Part shown: positions 10,620-20,354 of the stretch, one piece after another | How positions within the stretch are numbered: position 1 is the stretch's first letter | Layout: each line of letters starts with the position of its first letter | Assembly (NCBI GenBank): GCA_963750165.1 | Contig: CAVVPN010000011.1 | Span: forward strand, 2,272,001-2,336,000 | Origin: an uncultured Gemmataceae bacterium | GTDB taxonomy: Bacteria > Planctomycetota > Planctomycetia > Gemmatales > Gemmataceae | DNA length: 64,000 nucleotides | Direction: 5' to 3' | The notes under the pieces: generated by a model | Told to the model about the DNA's origin: nothing | The model's database searches: none | Seen by the model: the letters and a program-made list of their open reading frames with translations, nothing else | Translations under genes and position numbers: made by a program

Positions 10620-11105
10620 TCAGTCTTCCTCGTCCTGCCCGCCCATCTGCTCCGTCAGGTAATTTTGCAGCCCCACCGCCGCAATGAGGCCCAGCTGCGT
10701 CTCCAGCCAATCGACGTGCTCCTCGGACTCCACGAGGATCGGCTCGATGAGTTCCCGGCTGCCGTGGTCCCTGAGCTGCGTACACAGGTCGATGGTGTAG
10801 TTGTAGTGCTTGACGCCGCTCATCTCCAGTTGCAGGTCGTTCTCGAACTGCTCTTTGATATCGGTGCCAACGCGGATCACGTCATAGCGGGCGATCTCCG
10901 GCGTGCCCTCCAGGAAGAGGATGCGGTCGATGAGCAGCTCGGCGTGCTTCATCTCGCCCATCGACTCCTCGTAGTGCTTGGCAGCGAGCTTGAGGAAGCC
11001 CCAGTTCTTGCACATCTTGGCCTGGCAGAAGTACTGGTTGATCGCCGTCAACTCGACGGTCAACGCGCGGTTGAGGGCCTCGATCACCTGCGGGTCGCCC
11101 TTCAT
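10620..11105 (-). CDS. bfr: Bacterioferritin
   Basis: MKGDPQVIEALN..ELTAINQYF..EMKHA..IDRILFLEG..EEHVDWLETQL. Confidence 0.97.
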   Translation of the reverse strand: MKGDPQVIEALNRALTVELTAINQYFCQAKMCKNWGFLKLAAKHYEESMGEMKHAELLIDRILFLEGTPEIARYDVIRVGTDIKEQFENDLQLEMSGVKHYNYTIDLCTQLRDHGSRELIEPILVESEEHVDWLETQLGLIAAVGLQNYLTEQMGGQDEED

Positions 11106-11263
11106 CGGCTGCGCTCCTGGTGGGGAGTGGGGTCGGTACTTCCCGCGAAGATATGCCGGCGCGGCAGGTTCGGCAAGGCGGCCGGCGCGGGCGGTTGAAC
11201 TGGCCGGGGCGGGGAGAAGTTGGTACGATGCGTCCCCGTGAACTCAAGTCGGAGGGCGGCGAC

Positions 11264-11923
11264 ATGGCGGCCATTGTGTATGAAGGAGACATCCGAATTC
11301 CGGAAATTCGCGACCTGGAAGAATTCCGCCGCTGGGTCCGATCCGATGATTTTCCGGAACAAGGGCGGTTTTCCTTTATCGCCGGTGACATCTGGGTGGC
11401 GCTCATGGGGGAGCAAATTTTTACTCACGGTCAGGTCGTGGCGGAATTCTTGAATGTGCTCTTCCGTTTTGTGAAAACGAACAAGCTGGGTTATTTCTTT
11501 AACGACCGCACCTGGTTGACGAATAAAGAGGCTGACCTGTCCACGGAGCCGGATGGCATTTTTGTTTCCAGAGAGTGTCTGCAGGCTGGACGGGTTTACT
11601 ACGAGGGAAACGAGGAGGGGCCTCTTGAACTGGTCGGCAGCCCTGACATGGTCCTGGAGGTCGTAAGCAAAAACTCAGTTAGAAAAGACACCAAACGACT
11701 CCGCGATTTGTACTGGGAAGCTGAAATCCTGGAATACTGGTTGGTGGACGCCCGCGGGCAGGAACCTCATTTCGAGATCATGAAGCGCGGCCCCAAAGGC
11801 TACGTACCCACGCGGGCCCGGGACGGGTGGCTCGCGTCCAGGGTGTTTGGGTGTGCTTTTCGTTTGGTCCACGGCACGGACGAGTTCAGCCACCCGGAAT
11901 TCACCCTGGAAATGCGCTCCTGA
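11264..11923 (+). CDS. Uma2 family (DUF820) endonuclease-like protein
   Basis: TEPDGIFVS, GSPDMVLEVVS, KDT, YWEAEILEYWLVD; GGAGG RBS before ATG 11264. Confidence 0.85.
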   Translation: MAAIVYEGDIRIPEIRDLEEFRRWVRSDDFPEQGRFSFIAGDIWVALMGEQIFTHGQVVAEFLNVLFRFVKTNKLGYFFNDRTWLTNKEADLSTEPDGIFVSRECLQAGRVYYEGNEEGPLELVGSPDMVLEVVSKNSVRKDTKRLRDLYWEAEILEYWLVDARGQEPHFEIMKRGPKGYVPTRARDGWLASRVFGCAFRLVHGTDEFSHPEFTLEMRS

Positions 11924-11956
11924 AGCGCTGGCCGCTTGCCGCCCGCCTCCGCTTGC

Positions 11957-11985
11957 TTGTCACCCCCCGGCCGCGCTGCTAGACT
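11957..11985 (+). promoter_or_regulatory. Putative sigma70 promoter of tsaC-ywlE/rpiB/P-II operon
   Basis: TTGTCA-N17-TAGACT upstream of ATG 12046. Confidence 0.45.
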
Positions 11986-12045
11986 AACCCTTTCTTCCGG
12001 CGCCGTGGTCGGAAAGCGGTCCCGAATCCCGACGAACGATCCCTC

Positions 12046-13140
12046 ATGCCTGAAGTGCTGGACTGGCAGGGCGGCGCCCCACAGGAACGCAGCGCCCACG
12101 CCGCGGACCTGCTGGCCCAGGGCCGGCTGGTGGCGGTGCCGACCGACAGCGTCTACGTCGTGCTCGCCGACGCCCGGCAGCCCGACGCGCTCGCCCGACT
12201 GCCGTCCGGCCCCGACGGCCTGACCATACTGGTGCCCGGCGTCTCCGGCCTGCGTGCCTGGGTGCCGGAGCCGCCGCCGCTGGCCCTGCGCTTCGCCCGC
12301 CGCTGCTGGCCCGGCCCGCTGACGCTGGTCCTTGACGCTACGCCCGACCGCGGCCCGGCCGCCCAGTTGCCCGAGGCGGCACGCGCCCGGCTGTTCGCCG
12401 ACGGCACCGTGGCCCTGTACGCGCCTGCCCACGAAGCGCCGCTGCTGCTGTTGCAGGCGCTGCCGTTCCCGCTCGCCGCCGCCACGCCGCGCCTCGACGG
12501 CCAGCCGGTGACCACCGCGGCGCAGGCCCTGGCGGTGCTCGGCGACGCGGCGGCCCTGGTGCTCGACGACGGCCCCACGCAGTTCGGCCAGGCGCCGACG
12601 CGGGTGCGAGTTCGCGGCGACCGATGGGAGATCGTCGGCGACGGCGTGCTGTCGGAGGCCGTGCTACAACAGGTGGCGCCGTGCCTGATCCTGTTCGTCT
12701 GCACGGGCAACACCTGCCGCAGTCCGCTGGCGGAGGCATTGTGCCGGCGGCTGCTGGCCGAGCGGCTCGGCTGTGCGGTACAGGAATTGCCTCGAAGGGG
12801 GTACGTCATCACCTCGGCGGGCCTGGCCACTGGCGGCGGAGAGCCGGCGACGTCGGAGGCAGTCGAGGTCGCCCGGGAACATGGCGCCGACCTGAGTCAA
12901 CACCAGAGTCAACCCCTGTCACTGGAATTGCTGGCCGCCGCCGATCACGTTATCGCCATGACGCGCGGTCACCTGCGGGCGCTGACGGCCCACACGACGG
13001 ACGGGGGTGGGACGCTGCGGCTGCTGATGGCGGACGGTTCGGACGTGGCGGACCCCATCGGGGGGCCCGGCGAGGTGTATCGCGCCTGTGCGGAGCAGAT
13101 TCGCCGGGCGCTGGTGGAGTGGCTGCCGCAAATGGGGTAG
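12046..13140 (+). CDS. Sua5/TsaC (YrdC) domain fused to low-molecular-weight (YwlE-like) protein phosphatase
   Basis: VAVPTDSVY, CWPGPLTLVL, LVLDDGPT followed by FVCTGNTCRSPLAE and DVADPIGG. Confidence 0.87.
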   Translation: MPEVLDWQGGAPQERSAHAADLLAQGRLVAVPTDSVYVVLADARQPDALARLPSGPDGLTILVPGVSGLRAWVPEPPPLALRFARRCWPGPLTLVLDATPDRGPAAQLPEAARARLFADGTVALYAPAHEAPLLLLQALPFPLAAATPRLDGQPVTTAAQALAVLGDAAALVLDDGPTQFGQAPTRVRVRGDRWEIVGDGVLSEAVLQQVAPCLILFVCTGNTCRSPLAEALCRRLLAERLGCAVQELPRRGYVITSAGLATGGGEPATSEAVEVAREHGADLSQHQSQPLSLELLAAADHVIAMTRGHLRALTAHTTDGGGTLRLLMADGSDVADPIGGPGEVYRACAEQIRRALVEWLPQMG

Positions 13141-13158
13141 GGGTGAGTGAGTGGAGCC

Positions 13159-13638
13159 ATGAACATTGCAATCGGCAGCGATCACCGCGGCTTCGAGGCC
13201 AAGGCGCGCCTGACGGCGCTGCTGCGGCAACTGGGGCACGAGGTGCTGGACGTGGGGCCGCCGAGCGGCGACAGTGCGGACTACCCGGACTTCGCGTTCG
13301 CGGTGGCCGAGGCGGTCGCTGGCGGTCGGGCGGAGCGCGGCGTGTTGATCTGCGGCACCGGCATTGGCATGTGCATCGCCGCCAACAAGGTGCCCGGTGT
13401 GCGGGCGGCGCCGTGCCACGACCCGATCACTGCCGAGATGAGCCGTCGCCACAACGACGCCAATGTGTTGTGCCTGTCAGCGGACCTGCTCGGCGACGAA
13501 CTGATGGCCCGCATGATGCGCACCTGGTTGGAGACGGAGTTTGAAGGCGGCCGTCACGCCCGCCGCGTCGAGAAGATCACGCGCTATGAGGCGCAGCACC
13601 CGACGATGGGTTTCGGTCCTGGCGAGCGGACGCCATGA
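13159..13638 (+). CDS. rpiB: Ribose-5-phosphate isomerase B
   Basis: IAIGSDHRG, DYPD, CGTGIGM, ANKVPG, HNDANVLCL, FEGGRHARR. Confidence 0.95.
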   Translation: MNIAIGSDHRGFEAKARLTALLRQLGHEVLDVGPPSGDSADYPDFAFAVAEAVAGGRAERGVLICGTGIGMCIAANKVPGVRAAPCHDPITAEMSRRHNDANVLCLSADLLGDELMARMMRTWLETEFEGGRHARRVEKITRYEAQHPTMGFGPGERTP

Positions 13639-13949
13639 AGCAATTCACCGTGGTCGTGAAGCCCTTCCGCGCCGAGGCAGTGTTGCGCACCGCCGCCGAA
13701 CTGGAGGTCAGCGCCTGCGTCGTGCAGGAGGCCAAGGGCTACAGCCGCCAGAAGGGTTACCTCGACCGCTACGCCGGCAGCGAATACAGCCTGGCGTTCC
13801 TGCCCAAGGTCGAGATCACTGTCTGGGTGCGCGACGAGCGTGCCGCCCTGGTCGCGGAGCGCCTCGCCGCCGTCGCCCGCACCGGCCGCATCGGCGACGG
13901 CAAAATCTTCTGCGTCGAGGCCGCCTGGCCCGAGCCGCTGGAGTTCTAA
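13635..13949 (+). CDS. P-II family signal transduction protein
   Basis: VVKPFR, AKGYSRQKG, YAGSEY, FLPKVEI, ARTGRIGDGKIF. Confidence 0.88.
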   Translation: MKQFTVVVKPFRAEAVLRTAAELEVSACVVQEAKGYSRQKGYLDRYAGSEYSLAFLPKVEITVWVRDERAALVAERLAAVARTGRIGDGKIFCVEAAWPEPLEF

Positions 13950-13957
13950 TTGGAGAA

Positions 13958-14080
13958 AAGAGGATCCACAGATGACACAGATAAAGACAAATTCAAATGT
14001 CTTTTGTCTGTGTTTCATCTGTGTCCTCTGTGGATCCTCTTTTGTCTGTTCTCTGCGCTCTCCGCGTTCTCCGCGGTGAA
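13958..14080. repeat. AT-rich palindromic repeat (CCACAGATGACACAGAT family)
   Basis: ggatccacagatgacacagat...atctgtgtcctctgtggatcc; homologous copies at ~19754-19832 and ~53340-53427. Confidence 0.8.
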
Positions 14081-15196
14081 TTATCCGGGCGGCCCCGTGG
14101 TCTGGCCGGTGCGCAGCGTGTGCGGACACAACTGGTGCTCCGGCCCCCGGCCCGCCAGCGCCTGCAGCAGCAGCCGCACTGCTGTCCGGCCGATCTCGCT
14201 CCAGTCGGCCTGATGGCAGGTCAGGCCCGGCACCTCCTCGCCGCCGCCGCCCAGCACGCTCACGTCCCCCGGCACCCGCAAGTCCTGCCGCCGCAGTTCG
14301 GTGATGACCAGGCTGGCGAGCGTGTTGTTGAAGCAATACAGGGCGCTCGGCCGCGGCGCCAGCTCCAGAAATTGCCGCACCGCCCGCTCCGCGCCGGCTG
14401 GCGTCAGTTCGACCGACAGTTCCCACGCCCGGCGGCACGACAGTTTCGCGTCGCGCAGCCCCTGACGGTAGCCCTGCAAACGCCACGGGTTCAACTCCTC
14501 CTGCCGCCAGTTGACGAACGCCACGCGGCGGTGCCCCAACTCGGCCAGGTAACGCACCGCCGTCCGGGCCGCCGCGAAGGAGTCGTCGCGCACGGAGGGA
14601 ATGCGGCTTAGCTGCAAATCATGGTCGAGCAGGACGGTCGGCAACCCCAGACCATCCGTGCGTCGCAGCAGTTTTTCCTCGCCGTAGTGGGCGAAGACGA
14701 CGCCGCGCAGCCGTTGCTCCTGCTGCACCTGCCGCAGCGCCTGGCCGATCTGCGTGTACGCGGCGTGTTGCACGACCAGGCGAAAACCGTTCCGACTCGC
14801 CTCCTCCAGCGCCCCCTGCAACATCAGGGCGCTGACCAGGCGCGTCACCGCCTCCTCCTGGCCCGGCTCACTCGGGTAGCCGGCCTGCAGGTAGGCCAGA
14901 CAGGTCGAAGCCGTCGGCTCGATGCGGTCAGGCAACTGCGGCGGTCGCACAAACGTACCCTTGCGGCGAATCTTGACGAGCAGCCCCTCGCCCTGAAGGT
15001 TCTCGGCGGCCAGGCGGACGGTTTCGCGGCTGACGCCGAGCTGCTTGGCCAGCTCCACCTCGGTCGGCAGCCGGCCGTCGGGGAACTGCCCGGCGGCGAT
15101 GGCCTGCCGCAACATTTGTTCGACGTGCGCAGTCAGGCTCGGCGGCCGCGCCAGCCGGCCAAACTCCTGCGCCCGGTCCTGTGGGGACGAGGACAT
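14081..15196 (-). CDS. GntR-HTH / LacI-type sensor domain transcriptional regulator
   Basis: RLPTEVELAKQLGVSRETVR...RKGTFV plus periplasmic-binding-protein-like domain (LGHRRVA, VPGDVSV). Confidence 0.88.
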   Translation of the reverse strand: MSSSPQDRAQEFGRLARPPSLTAHVEQMLRQAIAAGQFPDGRLPTEVELAKQLGVSRETVRLAAENLQGEGLLVKIRRKGTFVRPPQLPDRIEPTASTCLAYLQAGYPSEPGQEEAVTRLVSALMLQGALEEASRNGFRLVVQHAAYTQIGQALRQVQQEQRLRGVVFAHYGEEKLLRRTDGLGLPTVLLDHDLQLSRIPSVRDDSFAAARTAVRYLAELGHRRVAFVNWRQEELNPWRLQGYRQGLRDAKLSCRRAWELSVELTPAGAERAVRQFLELAPRPSALYCFNNTLASLVITELRRQDLRVPGDVSVLGGGGEEVPGLTCHQADWSEIGRTAVRLLLQALAGRGPEHQLCPHTLRTGQTTGPPG

Positions 15197-15399
15197 GGTT
15201 GGAGCCCCGGAGCGCCCAGTTACGTTTCGCGCGGGCAGCAGTCCGCGCGAAACTGGAAACGGGGCGCGGGAACGGTTGCGTTTCGTGAATAATGACAAAT
15301 TTACAATCCCCTTGTCTTATCCGCAAGTGCTGGCATTGCCATCGGGGAGTGGGTACGATTGCAATTGTCCAACCCACCCTCCCCCCCGAGGAGAGCGCC

Positions 15400-17007
15400 A
15401 TGCCCTCCCCCCGCACCCCCGCCGCGGCGTGCCTGATCGCGATAACGCTGGTTCTGCTGGCCTGCGCCACTCCTGCGTGCGCTGGCGACAAGCCGTTGCG
15501 CCAGGCGATCGACACGGAAGTCCGCGCCGCCTGGCAGCGCGAGAAGGTCACGCCCGCCGCCCGCAGTTCCGATAGCGCCTTCCTGCGCCGCCTCTACCTC
15601 GACCTGCTGGGCGTCGTCCCGACGCTGGAGGAGACGCAGAAATTCCTGGCCGACGCGAGCACGAAGAAGCGTGAACAACTGATCGACCGCCTTCTGCAAG
15701 ACCCGCGCTTCGCCGCCGCCCAGGCGGATGTGCTGGACCTGGTGCTGTTCGGCCGCCATCCGGGCGGCGGCGACCAGACACGGCGGCGCGACGGCTTCAA
15801 GAAATGGCTCGCCGGTCAGATTGCGAAGGACGTGCCGTATGACCGCCTGGTGCGCACGCTGCTGACGGCGGACCAGGACGGCTCGGAGTTGTTTTACGTG
15901 CAGTTCCGCAACCAACCGGCGGACGCGACGGTCGCGGTCACGCGCATCTTCCTGGGCACGCAGTTGCAGTGCGCCCGCTGCCATGACCACCCCTACGAGA
16001 GTTGGACGCAGAAAGACTTCTACGGCATGGCTGGTTTTTTCGTCCGCCTCGTGGTGCTGGACGCCGGCGCGAAGAAGTTCCGCATCGCCGAGAAGAGCAC
16101 TGGCGAAGTGCTGTTCACCGGTTCCGTGAAGGACCAGAAGCCGGGCCAGAAGGGCGAACCGGTCAAGGCTCGCTTTCTCGGCGGCGCCGAACTGGCCGAG
16201 CCGCCGGTGCCGAAGGGCTTCAAGGAACCGGTCTTCAAGGGCAACCAGGCCCCGCCGCCGCCGCGGTTCTCGCGCAAGGAGAAACTGGCCGCGTGGTTGA
16301 CCGCCCCGGAGAATCCGTACTTCGCCCGTGCCGCCGCCAACCGCGTCTGGGCGCAGTTCCTCGGCCGCGGCCTCGTCCATCCCGTCGATGACCTGAGCAA
16401 GAAGAACAACGCCAGCCATCCCGCCCTGCTCGACGCGCTGACCAAACACCTGATCGCCAGCAAGTTCGATCTGAAGAGCCTCATCCGCGAACTGGTGAAC
16501 AGCGAGACGTATCAACTCGCCGGCACCGGGCCGAGCACCGAGGCGCTGCCGCGCTGGTTCGAGCGAGCGCGAGTGCGGCCGCTGACGGCGGAGGAGTTGC
16601 TGGCGTCGCTGCGAGCCGCAACCGCTTTTCCGAAGGACGGCTTCAAGGGCTCCGGCGAGCCGACCGAGTATTTCCTGCGTTACTTCGGCGAGCCGAACGA
16701 CGGTCAGGGGAATTTTCAGGGCAGCCTGCAGGAACACCTGTTCCTGAACAACGCGCCGTTCATCCGCACGTTCGCCCAGCAGCGCAAGGGCAACCTCACG
16801 GACCAGATCCTCGGCATGAAGGCGGCGACCTGGGAGCAGAAGGTGGATCGACTGTTTTTGAGCGTGCTGTGTCGGCTGCCCAGCGCTGCGGAGCGGCAGC
16901 GTTTCGTGCAGCATTTCGGCGGCGGCCTCGCTGCCATGACGCCCGCGCTCGTCGAGGAGGCGGTGTGGGTGCTGGTGAGCTGCTCGGAGTTTCGGTTTAA
17001 TCATTGA
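15400..17007 (+). CDS. DUF1549/DUF1553 domain protein
   Basis: FLRRLYLDLLG, QLQCARCHDHP, NPYFARAAANRVWAQFLGRGLV, EFRFNH. Confidence 0.93.
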   Translation: MPSPRTPAAACLIAITLVLLACATPACAGDKPLRQAIDTEVRAAWQREKVTPAARSSDSAFLRRLYLDLLGVVPTLEETQKFLADASTKKREQLIDRLLQDPRFAAAQADVLDLVLFGRHPGGGDQTRRRDGFKKWLAGQIAKDVPYDRLVRTLLTADQDGSELFYVQFRNQPADATVAVTRIFLGTQLQCARCHDHPYESWTQKDFYGMAGFFVRLVVLDAGAKKFRIAEKSTGEVLFTGSVKDQKPGQKGEPVKARFLGGAELAEPPVPKGFKEPVFKGNQAPPPPRFSRKEKLAAWLTAPENPYFARAAANRVWAQFLGRGLVHPVDDLSKKNNASHPALLDALTKHLIASKFDLKSLIRELVNSETYQLAGTGPSTEALPRWFERARVRPLTAEELLASLRAATAFPKDGFKGSGEPTEYFLRYFGEPNDGQGNFQGSLQEHLFLNNAPFIRTFAQQRKGNLTDQILGMKAATWEQKVDRLFLSVLCRLPSAAERQRFVQHFGGGLAAMTPALVEEAVWVLVSCSEFRFNH

Positions 17008-17018
17008 AAGTTGGATGC

Positions 17019-17096
17019 CGGCGAGCGGGGTCGCGTCAGCGCCCCGTGGGACGCCACAAGGGACGCCACGGGGCGCTGACGCGACCCCGCTCGCCG
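17019..17096. repeat. GGCGAGCGG-family REP palindrome
   Basis: cggcgagcggggtcgcgtcagcgccccgtgg / ccacggggcgctgacgcgaccccgctcgccg. Confidence 0.85.
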
Positions 17097-17110
17097 AAGA
17101 GAACCCAACC

Positions 17111-18379
17111 ATGACCACGAACACCGGGTCCGAACACCTGAGCCGACGGGCGTTCCTCAAGGGCGTCCTGGGCACCGCGGGCGGCGCCGCCGTCGCCAAC
17201 TGGGGCGGCCTGGCCCACTCGCAGACCGCCGCGCAGACCGCCGTGCGCCGCAACAAGCGCTGCATCCTGCTGTGGATGAACGGCGGCGCCAGCCAGCTGG
17301 ACACCTTTGACATGAAGCCCGGCCGGCCCACCGGCGGCCCCTTCCGGCCGATCGCGACCAACGTCCCCGGCATTCAGATTTGCGAATATTTGCCGTTGTT
17401 GTCGCGCATGACCGACAAGCTGGCGGTCATCCGCAGCATGCGCACGCACTCGCCGGACCACCCGGACGGCATCTACCACATGCATACCTGCTACCGCATG
17501 GCCGAGCGAGTGCCGCACCCCGAACTCGGGGCCATGATCGCGCGCTACAACGGCCATCCGGACGCGGACCTGCCGAGCTTCGTGCGCATCGGGCCGTGCG
17601 GCAACGCCGGCGCCGGCTACCTCGGGCCGCGCTACGAGCCGTTCGCCATCGGCCGCGATGGCCGGCTGCCGTACTTCAGCGAACCCACCGGCACGCCCCA
17701 GGCGCAGCAGCGCCGCGGTGAACTGCTCAACTTCATGGAGGGTCAGTTCGCCCAGGATCACCGGGCGACGCCGTTTGAGGCGCACCGGCTGGCGGAGGCG
17801 CGGGCGCACCGGCTGATGCGAGCGCGGCGCGTGTTCGACACGACCGGCGACTGGCCGGCGGCCCGCGACCGTTACGGCAATACCGCGTTCGGCCGGCACT
17901 GCTTTTTGGCCCGCAAACTGGTCGAGGCGGGCGTGCCGTTCGTCGAGGTCGGCCAGGACAACTACGACAGCCACGCCGACAACTTCGTCTGCCACCGCGG
18001 CAACATGGACGTGCTCGACCCGGCCTGGACCGCTCTGTTGCAAGATTTGCAGGACCGCCGGCTGCTCGACGACACGCTGGTGGTGTGGATGGGCGAGGTG
18101 GGCCGGACGCCATACATCAACAACCGCGCTGGCCGCGATCACTACATCCGCGCCTGGACAATCGTGCTGGCTGGCGGCGGTGTCCGCGGCGGTCAGGTGT
18201 ATGGCGCCACCGACGCGGACGGCCGTGATGTGCGCGACCAGCCGGTGAGCGAGGGCGATTTGTTCGCCACGATTTACACGGCGCTGGGCATCAACCCGCG
18301 CGTTCGCCACACGCTCGGCACGCGGCCGATCTGGGCGACGCCGGAGGGTTCGACACCGCTGCGGGCGCTGCTCGGCTGA
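17111..18379 (+). CDS. DUF1501 domain protein (Tat signal)
   Basis: LSRRAFLK, ILLWMNGGASQLDTFDMKP, ARKLVEAGVPFVEV, GEVGRTP, GRDH. Confidence 0.93.
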   Translation: MTTNTGSEHLSRRAFLKGVLGTAGGAAVANWGGLAHSQTAAQTAVRRNKRCILLWMNGGASQLDTFDMKPGRPTGGPFRPIATNVPGIQICEYLPLLSRMTDKLAVIRSMRTHSPDHPDGIYHMHTCYRMAERVPHPELGAMIARYNGHPDADLPSFVRIGPCGNAGAGYLGPRYEPFAIGRDGRLPYFSEPTGTPQAQQRRGELLNFMEGQFAQDHRATPFEAHRLAEARAHRLMRARRVFDTTGDWPAARDRYGNTAFGRHCFLARKLVEAGVPFVEVGQDNYDSHADNFVCHRGNMDVLDPAWTALLQDLQDRRLLDDTLVVWMGEVGRTPYINNRAGRDHYIRAWTIVLAGGGVRGGQVYGATDADGRDVRDQPVSEGDLFATIYTALGINPRVRHTLGTRPIWATPEGSTPLRALLG

Positions 18380-18551
18380 TGCCAGCGCTGGCCCCGCGCT
18401 GGCGCTCGGGCTCGGATCGGAACCATGTGAAGACCTCTCCCATGCCGGGATCAGGCCGGGGTGGGGTAAGGGGGGCAGTGTCGCGGCTCGCGGCACCTCC
18501 CCACCCTGGCCGAACCCGGATGTTTTAAACCCCTTGCCAGGTGACAGAACC

Positions 18552-19736
18552 ATGTCGCGGCACCCGCTCGTTCAACATCGACGCACCCTCCTGGCGCTGG
18601 CCGTACTGGCGGCCCTCGTCCCCATGACCAGCGCCCGCGCCCAACCGGCCGGCCCCGACAAGGCGGCCCTGGCCTGGACGCTGCCCTGGGACGCCGACTG
18701 GGTGACGGCGGTCGCTTTCCTGGGCAACCACCGCATCGCGGCCGGCAACAACCTGGGCCAGATCCTCGTCTGGGAGTTGCCTGATAAAACCGGCGGTCCT
18801 GCCCCAGCGCCGAAGTGGCGGCTGCACGGCCACGACAACACCGTCAACCGCCTGGTCGCGACGCCGGCCGGCCGCTGGCTGATCTCCGCGAGCAACGACC
18901 ACACCATCCGCTACTGGGACTTGCAGGCCCCGCCCAGCCGCACCGAATCGGTGGTGCTCAACGCCCGCGCCCGGGACGAGGCCGTGGCCCGCAAGCGCAA
19001 GGTGCCGCCGCCGGTCGAAGTCAAGGTGTCGGTCATTGAGGCGGCCCGGGTGCTCAAGGGCCACAAGGACTGGGTGCTCGGCCTGAGCCTGACGCCGGAC
19101 GGCAAGACCCTGGTCAGCGGCGACGACAAGGGTGTGGTCATCGTCTGGGATCGGCCCGCGGCGAAGGAGCTGCGGCGCTGGCAGGTCAAGGGTTGGGTCT
19201 GGGCCCTGGCTGTGGCGCCCGACGCGCAAACGCTGGCGGTGTCCGAGCGCGTCCACCTCGTCTTCGACTCCGGCCGGCACGCCGGATTGAAGCTGTGGGA
19301 CCCGCAGACGGGCAAGGTGAAACTGGACCTCGGCAAGCTGTTCGACAAGCAATTCATCGCCGCAGCGGCGTTCGCGCCGGACGGCAAAACGCTGGCGGTG
19401 TGTCGCGGCGGCGAGGTCGATGGTCAGAACGGCAAGGCGTCACTGGTCGATCCGGCCACCGGCAAGAAGCTCCGCGACCTGACGCCCGGCCACCTCAACG
19501 GCGCCACGGACGTGCTCTTCTCGCCGGACGGCCAGTACCTGTATTCCAGCGGCCGTGACACGACGGTGCGCGTCTGGCGCGTGGCCGACGGCAAGCTGGT
19601 CAAGGAACTGGGCCGGCCGCGCGGCGGTCAGTTCAAGGACTGGATTCACGCCGTGGCCGTGACGCCGGACGGCCGCTGGCTGGCCGCCGCCGACATGGCC
19701 GGGCAAGTGCAGATCTACGCGCTGCGGGGCAAATGA
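18552..19736 (+). CDS. Exported WD40 repeat protein
   Basis: Signal peptide; GHDNTVNRL..SASNDHTIRYWD and GHKDWV..VWD repeats. Confidence 0.9.
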   Translation: MSRHPLVQHRRTLLALAVLAALVPMTSARAQPAGPDKAALAWTLPWDADWVTAVAFLGNHRIAAGNNLGQILVWELPDKTGGPAPAPKWRLHGHDNTVNRLVATPAGRWLISASNDHTIRYWDLQAPPSRTESVVLNARARDEAVARKRKVPPPVEVKVSVIEAARVLKGHKDWVLGLSLTPDGKTLVSGDDKGVVIVWDRPAAKELRRWQVKGWVWALAVAPDAQTLAVSERVHLVFDSGRHAGLKLWDPQTGKVKLDLGKLFDKQFIAAAAFAPDGKTLAVCRGGEVDGQNGKASLVDPATGKKLRDLTPGHLNGATDVLFSPDGQYLYSSGRDTTVRVWRVADGKLVKELGRPRGGQFKDWIHAVAVTPDGRWLAAADMAGQVQIYALRGK

Positions 19737-19753
19737 CGGCTCAATAAATTGAC

Positions 19754-19832
19754 CCACAGATGACACAGATGTCACAGATAAAGACCAATTTCTTTTTGTC
19801 TTTATCCGTGTCATCTGTGTCATCTGTGGATC
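19754..19832. repeat. CCACAGATGACACAGAT-family palindrome
   Basis: ccacagatgacacagatgtcacagataaagac / gtctttatccgtgtcatctgtgtcatctgtgg. Confidence 0.82.
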
Positions 19833-20256
19833 ACTTCTTCCTCATATCGGAGACGCGCTTGAAGGTGAGCATGCGGCCGACCGGGTTCTGACGGGGGATG
19901 TCGAAGGTCGTCTGCCGATTGTTGTCGCCGTTCCAGAAGCAAATGACCAAGGTGTCGGCGTCAAAGCGGTAGATGCCCTTTTCGTGGTTGATGTCGAGGC
20001 GTGACGGCATCGCATTCGGATCGATGATGATCGCGTACGGGCCGGTCTCCGCACTGCCGCCCTTGCCGATCCACGACACCTTGTCGCCCCGGATGATGAG
20101 CGTCCAGCCGGTGTCGTTGGGGTTGAGTCCGCCCTGGTTCTGGGAGCGGACGCACAGCCAGTGGCCATCCAGCTGGGGCGTCCGTCTCTGCTGGGAATCG
20201 ACGCCGGCCGGCAGGGCCAGCGCGACCACGGCTACGGTCAGGAATATCGTTCGCAT
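19831..20256 (-). CDS. TIGR03067-like Planctomycete domain protein
   Basis: Signal peptide, LDGHW, IDPNAMPSRLDI, KGIYRFDADTLVICF. Confidence 0.75.
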   Translation of the reverse strand: MRTIFLTVAVVALALPAGVDSQQRRTPQLDGHWLCVRSQNQGGLNPNDTGWTLIIRGDKVSWIGKGGSAETGPYAIIIDPNAMPSRLDINHEKGIYRFDADTLVICFWNGDNNRQTTFDIPRQNPVGRMLTFKRVSDMRKK

Positions 20257-20354
20257 GGGTTCCTCCGATCCTGCCTGTCGTAGAATAAACTTTGGACGAT
20301 TCTCGCACGAATTCCCAACTGGTTCAAGAGTCTGCTTTTCGACCGCAGTTGCTC

